This document shows, piece by piece, positions 61,287 through 64,000 of a stretch of 64,000 nucleotides of DNA (position 1 is the stretch's first letter; the number at the start of each line of letters is the position of its first letter). A program made the position numbers and the translations under genes. Source of the stretch: Nitrosopumilus sp. (GTDB lineage: Archaea > Thermoproteota > Nitrososphaeria > Nitrososphaerales > Nitrosopumilaceae); NCBI GenBank assembly GCA_965204345.1, contig OZ241981.1, positions 896,001 to 960,000 on the forward strand. The letters are read 5' to 3'. The notes beneath the pieces are model-generated. The model was not told the DNA's origin, did not search any database, and was given only the letters and a program-made list of their open reading frames with translations.

Positions 61287-61410
61287 TGGAGGAGGTGGGA
61301 TTTGAACCCACGAACTCCTGAGAGACAGGATCACCCATTATTTGATCTTAAGTCCTGCATGTCCAAAAGCACTCAAAGTGCTTACTTTGGCCAGGCTTGA
61401 TTACTCCTCC
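61287..61410 (-). tRNA. tRNA-Leu(TAA) with two introns
   Basis: GGAGGAG/CTCCTCC; 24-nt insert in D-arm and 15-nt insert after the anticodon; long variable arm. Confidence 0.88.
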
Positions 61411-61501
61411 AAAAGGATAAAAATCTGAGTGAAATTTAACAGTTTAGAGTAAATCCGTTCAGAATGAAGAATTATAAGGATTTTCTACAGGGGGAATTTA
61501 T

Positions 61502-61575
61502 GCTTCGGTAGCTCAGTCTGGTAGAGCGTTACATTGGTAATGTAAAGGTCACGGGTTCAGATCCCGTTCGAAGCT
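61502..61575 (+). tRNA. tRNA-Thr(GGT)
   Basis: GCTTCGG/TCGAAGC; TTACA-TTGGTAA-TGTAA. Confidence 0.95.
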
Positions 61576-61624
61576 CCTTTTCTTAAAATCATCATATTAT
61601 GAGATTACATTTGTTATTGATTGT

Positions 61625-61828
61625 TCAAAATGGTTTTGAATTAATCTTATCTTTTAAGAACTCATCTACAGATGTATTGGACATTACTTTCTGATATTCA
61701 GAAGATAATACTTTCAACTCATTGAGAGTTAATGGTTTATCAGTACTTGTATTAATTGCTAATCCACTAGATTCTGCTCTTTCACATATCTTAGTGTCTG
61801 CTTCTGTCCAATCACTAGTTTGACTCAT
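61625..61828 (-). CDS. small hypothetical protein (MSQTSDW start)
   Basis: internal ATG gives a plausible 67-aa product. Confidence 0.45.
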   Translation of the reverse strand: MSQTSDWTEADTKICERAESSGLAINTSTDKPLTLNELKVLSSEYQKVMSNTSVDEFLKDKINSKPF

Positions 61829-62002
61829 GCTATATCTATAGCAGATATCATTATAATCTTTGCTAGATACACATGCATAAAGTAAAAGATACTTGCATAG
61901 AGTAATGGAATGACAACATATGCATAGTTTCTTTTCCAGATTTTGTAGTAAGTATAGCTTCCAATACAACAGATTATTTAATGATATGAGTTATGAGAGT
62001 TG

Positions 62003-62329
62003 TTATTGACTAACTAAAATTTTAAGATTTTTCACACCAATAGGTTTTGCTGCATTTGATTTAATTTTCCACAAGTTTTTGGTAAAATCTTTGACTTTAT
62101 TTTCTTTAACCAATGCTTTTCCAATTACACAGTATCTAGTACCTTCAAACGTAGTATCAGTCGTATAGGCCTGTAAGATGTTTTTAGATGACTTTAGAGA
62201 AGCGTTACGCATTGATATACAATTTGGATGTTTATCTCTGGTACATCTAAACATGAAATAGACATTCTTCAAATTTTGATTTTTAGGATTCATTACATAC
62301 ATCTTCAGATCAAACAATTGATTGTTCAT
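62003..62329 (-). CDS. divergent Lrp/AsnC RAM-like protein
   Basis: VYFMFRC...QAYTT...YCVIGKALV...GVKNLKILV pattern. Confidence 0.45.
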   Translation of the reverse strand: MNNQLFDLKMYVMNPKNQNLKNVYFMFRCTRDKHPNCISMRNASLKSSKNILQAYTTDTTFEGTRYCVIGKALVKENKVKDFTKNLWKIKSNAAKPIGVKNLKILVSQ

Positions 62330-62350
62330 TTATATATACATAAAGATGCT

Positions 62351-62390
62351 TTGGTAATGCAAAGATCACGGGTTCATCCCGTCTGAAGAT
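62351..62390 (+). repeat. degenerate copy of tRNA-Thr(GGT) 3' half (att-like site)
   Basis: ttggtaatgcaaagatcacgggttca--tcccgtctgaagat vs 61534..61575; 35/42 by manual alignment. Confidence 0.85.
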
Positions 62391-62392
62391 TT

Positions 62393-63256
62393 CTAATAAT
62401 TTTTAATCAATAACTCAAAGTGGCCAGTTCTCTTTTTAGAGTTGGAGTTAATTGAGCGGTTTGCCCTAATTTTGCTTACTTTCCAGGGTTTTGCTGAAAA
62501 CATCTCTGCGACCTCCTTTGAATTAGAATTTGACAAGAGTACCTTGCATCCTTTGGAATCCAAATCTTGGCATAGTTCTGTCAATCTGCCTAGATCATCA
62601 TATGTGAAATCTTTGTTTGTGTAGCTAGTAAAATTGGCAGTTTTGCTAACTGGCTGGTATGGAGGATCAAAATATACAAGATCGCCTTTTTTGGCATCTC
62701 CAAGAACTGCCTCAAAATCCCTGCATTTGATGGAGACCCTACCTGATTCTAAGATACGGCTAACAGAATGAAGATTATCCTCATTGACAATATTTGGATT
62801 GGTGTATTTTCCCAAGGGAACATTGAATTTTCCCTTGCTGTTAACACGGTATAATCCATTAAAGCAGGTTCTATTCAAAAAGAGCAATCGGGACGTTTTT
62901 TCAACCTCGCTTCTAGGATTGCTTTCTCTAACAGAATAATAGTATGCTTTGGAATCCTTTTGATAATTTTTTTCGTGATTTTTTAATGAAGCAATCAGAG
63001 ATTCAACCCTATCTCGAATTGTAGTATATGACAATACAAGATCAGAATTCAGATCAGAAATACTGCATTTTTGGGCAGGACGCTCAGTTAGCATATGGAA
63101 AAGTAACGCACCCCCGCCCAAGAAGGGTTCAAAATAAGTACCAAAAGATTTAGGCAAGTTTTCATTTAGAATTGGAATTAACTGTCGTTTTCCACCTGCC
63201 CATTTTACAAATGGTTTTGGGATAGCAGATGGAATTTGGCTATAGATTTGTTTCAA
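62393..63256 (-). CDS. Dam-family N6-adenine DNA methyltransferase
   Basis: KWAGGK, EPFLGGG, FNGLYRVN, YFDPPY, LSNS. Confidence 0.94.
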   Translation of the reverse strand: MKQIYSQIPSAIPKPFVKWAGGKRQLIPILNENLPKSFGTYFEPFLGGGALLFHMLTERPAQKCSISDLNSDLVLSYTTIRDRVESLIASLKNHEKNYQKDSKAYYYSVRESNPRSEVEKTSRLLFLNRTCFNGLYRVNSKGKFNVPLGKYTNPNIVNEDNLHSVSRILESGRVSIKCRDFEAVLGDAKKGDLVYFDPPYQPVSKTANFTSYTNKDFTYDDLGRLTELCQDLDSKGCKVLLSNSNSKEVAEMFSAKPWKVSKIRANRSINSNSKKRTGHFELLIKNY

Positions 63257-63444
63257 TAACCAGTATCACATAGTTCATTATCAGATCCTTGGGTGAAATT
63301 ATTTGATCTTGAACTAACTTTTTTCTAGTTACAAAATAGGTTAAATAGAAATTTTGCAGTTAAGAAATTTTTTTAAAAAAAAATTATTCGTCTATAGAAT
63401 ACTCTATACGCAAATAATAAAATGAAAAGGAAAAGGTTGGATTT

Positions 63445-63999
63445 TTAGTCCCACTTTGACCAAGCGGCCATCCATCTGTATGTCCAAGTGTTCAGTTTAC
63501 AACCCAAGGCTGCAAACGTACATGCCAATACTGCACCTGCACCTGCACCAAGAGCAACTGGGCTGTTATAGAACTTGCCTACTTGCGGTTCGATCGGTGT
63601 CATGTATGGTGGCAATGTTGGTCTCGGATATTTGAATGCCGTTTCTAGTGGGTCTGCAACTGTTATCAGGTTTACCATATTGAACAATGGTAATGACATT
63701 CCTACCAGTACGCCGCCAAACAGTATCAAGGAGTGCTTGTTCTTCTTTGTCGCCCAGTAAACCAAGTCCAACAGCATTGCTGATGGCAGCCAAACTGGAG
63801 TTACAATGAAGTCATATGGATATCCGAGTGCAAACCATGCACCTTTTGCTATCCATGTGTATACTGTCATAATCAGAGCATAGTACGTTGCTGTGCCTGG
63901 AACGCCCGTAAATGTTAGGTAATATGTTGCACCTACAATAAGCATCAATGTTTGCGATATTGAGAATACCGTGTACGAAGTCCAAGCCCAGTCAGTGTA
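63445..63999 (-). CDS. amoA: ammonia monooxygenase subunit A, 5'-truncated by window edge
   Basis: YTDWAWTS..FSISQTLM, TGVPGTATYY, KYPRPTLPPYMTPIEPQVGKFYNSPVALG, WAAWSKWD. Confidence 0.98.
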   Translation of the reverse strand, partial: YTDWAWTSYTVFSISQTLMLIVGATYYLTFTGVPGTATYYALIMTVYTWIAKGAWFALGYPYDFIVTPVWLPSAMLLDLVYWATKKNKHSLILFGGVLVGMSLPLFNMVNLITVADPLETAFKYPRPTLPPYMTPIEPQVGKFYNSPVALGAGAGAVLACTFAALGCKLNTWTYRWMAAWSKWD

Positions 64000-64000
64000 G

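Larger units (their letters stand above)
61534..62390. mobile_element. minimal integrated remnant at tRNA-Thr(GGT)
   Basis: tRNA 3' half duplicated at 62351..62390; two AT-rich ORFs between. Confidence 0.7.

Noticed and set aside
62393-63256. Restriction-modification system
   Set aside because: No cognate endonuclease adjacent; treated as an orphan methylase outside the att-bounded segment.

Overview
Chromosomal window from an ammonia-oxidising archaeon of the Nitrosopumilaceae type. The evidence is archaeal amoA at the right edge, an archaeal histone, intron-containing tRNAs and thaumarchaeal-style secreted proteins. Most of the window is core housekeeping: pyrF, purA, purB, thiL, rtcB, valS, pheST, trpS, pdxST, aconitase, coaD, rps11, rps17e and seven tRNAs. 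It is interrupted by AT-rich accessory islands at about 4.1-5.6 kb, 9.6-14.3 kb, 19.7-25.7 kb, 54.7-59.8 kb and 61.5-62.4 kb. Most notable observations: (1) an apparently intact ribosomal-protein-S27e zinc ribbon fused to a PIN ribonuclease domain, divergent from a 708-aa single-chain HTH/AbiE-like nucleotidyltransferase fusion; (2) two integrated elements, each bounded by a degenerate copy of a tRNA-Thr 3' half that breaks at the anticodon loop; (3) an AbiE-like pair whose toxin is frameshifted by one base while the antitoxin and a 3x19-bp upstream repeat remain; (4) an HD-dNTPase/YwgA-like pair beside decayed PIN and Mrr-like genes; (5) an unannotated two-hairpin H/ACA-like RNA. All family assignments come from motif recognition by eye; no database searches were run.
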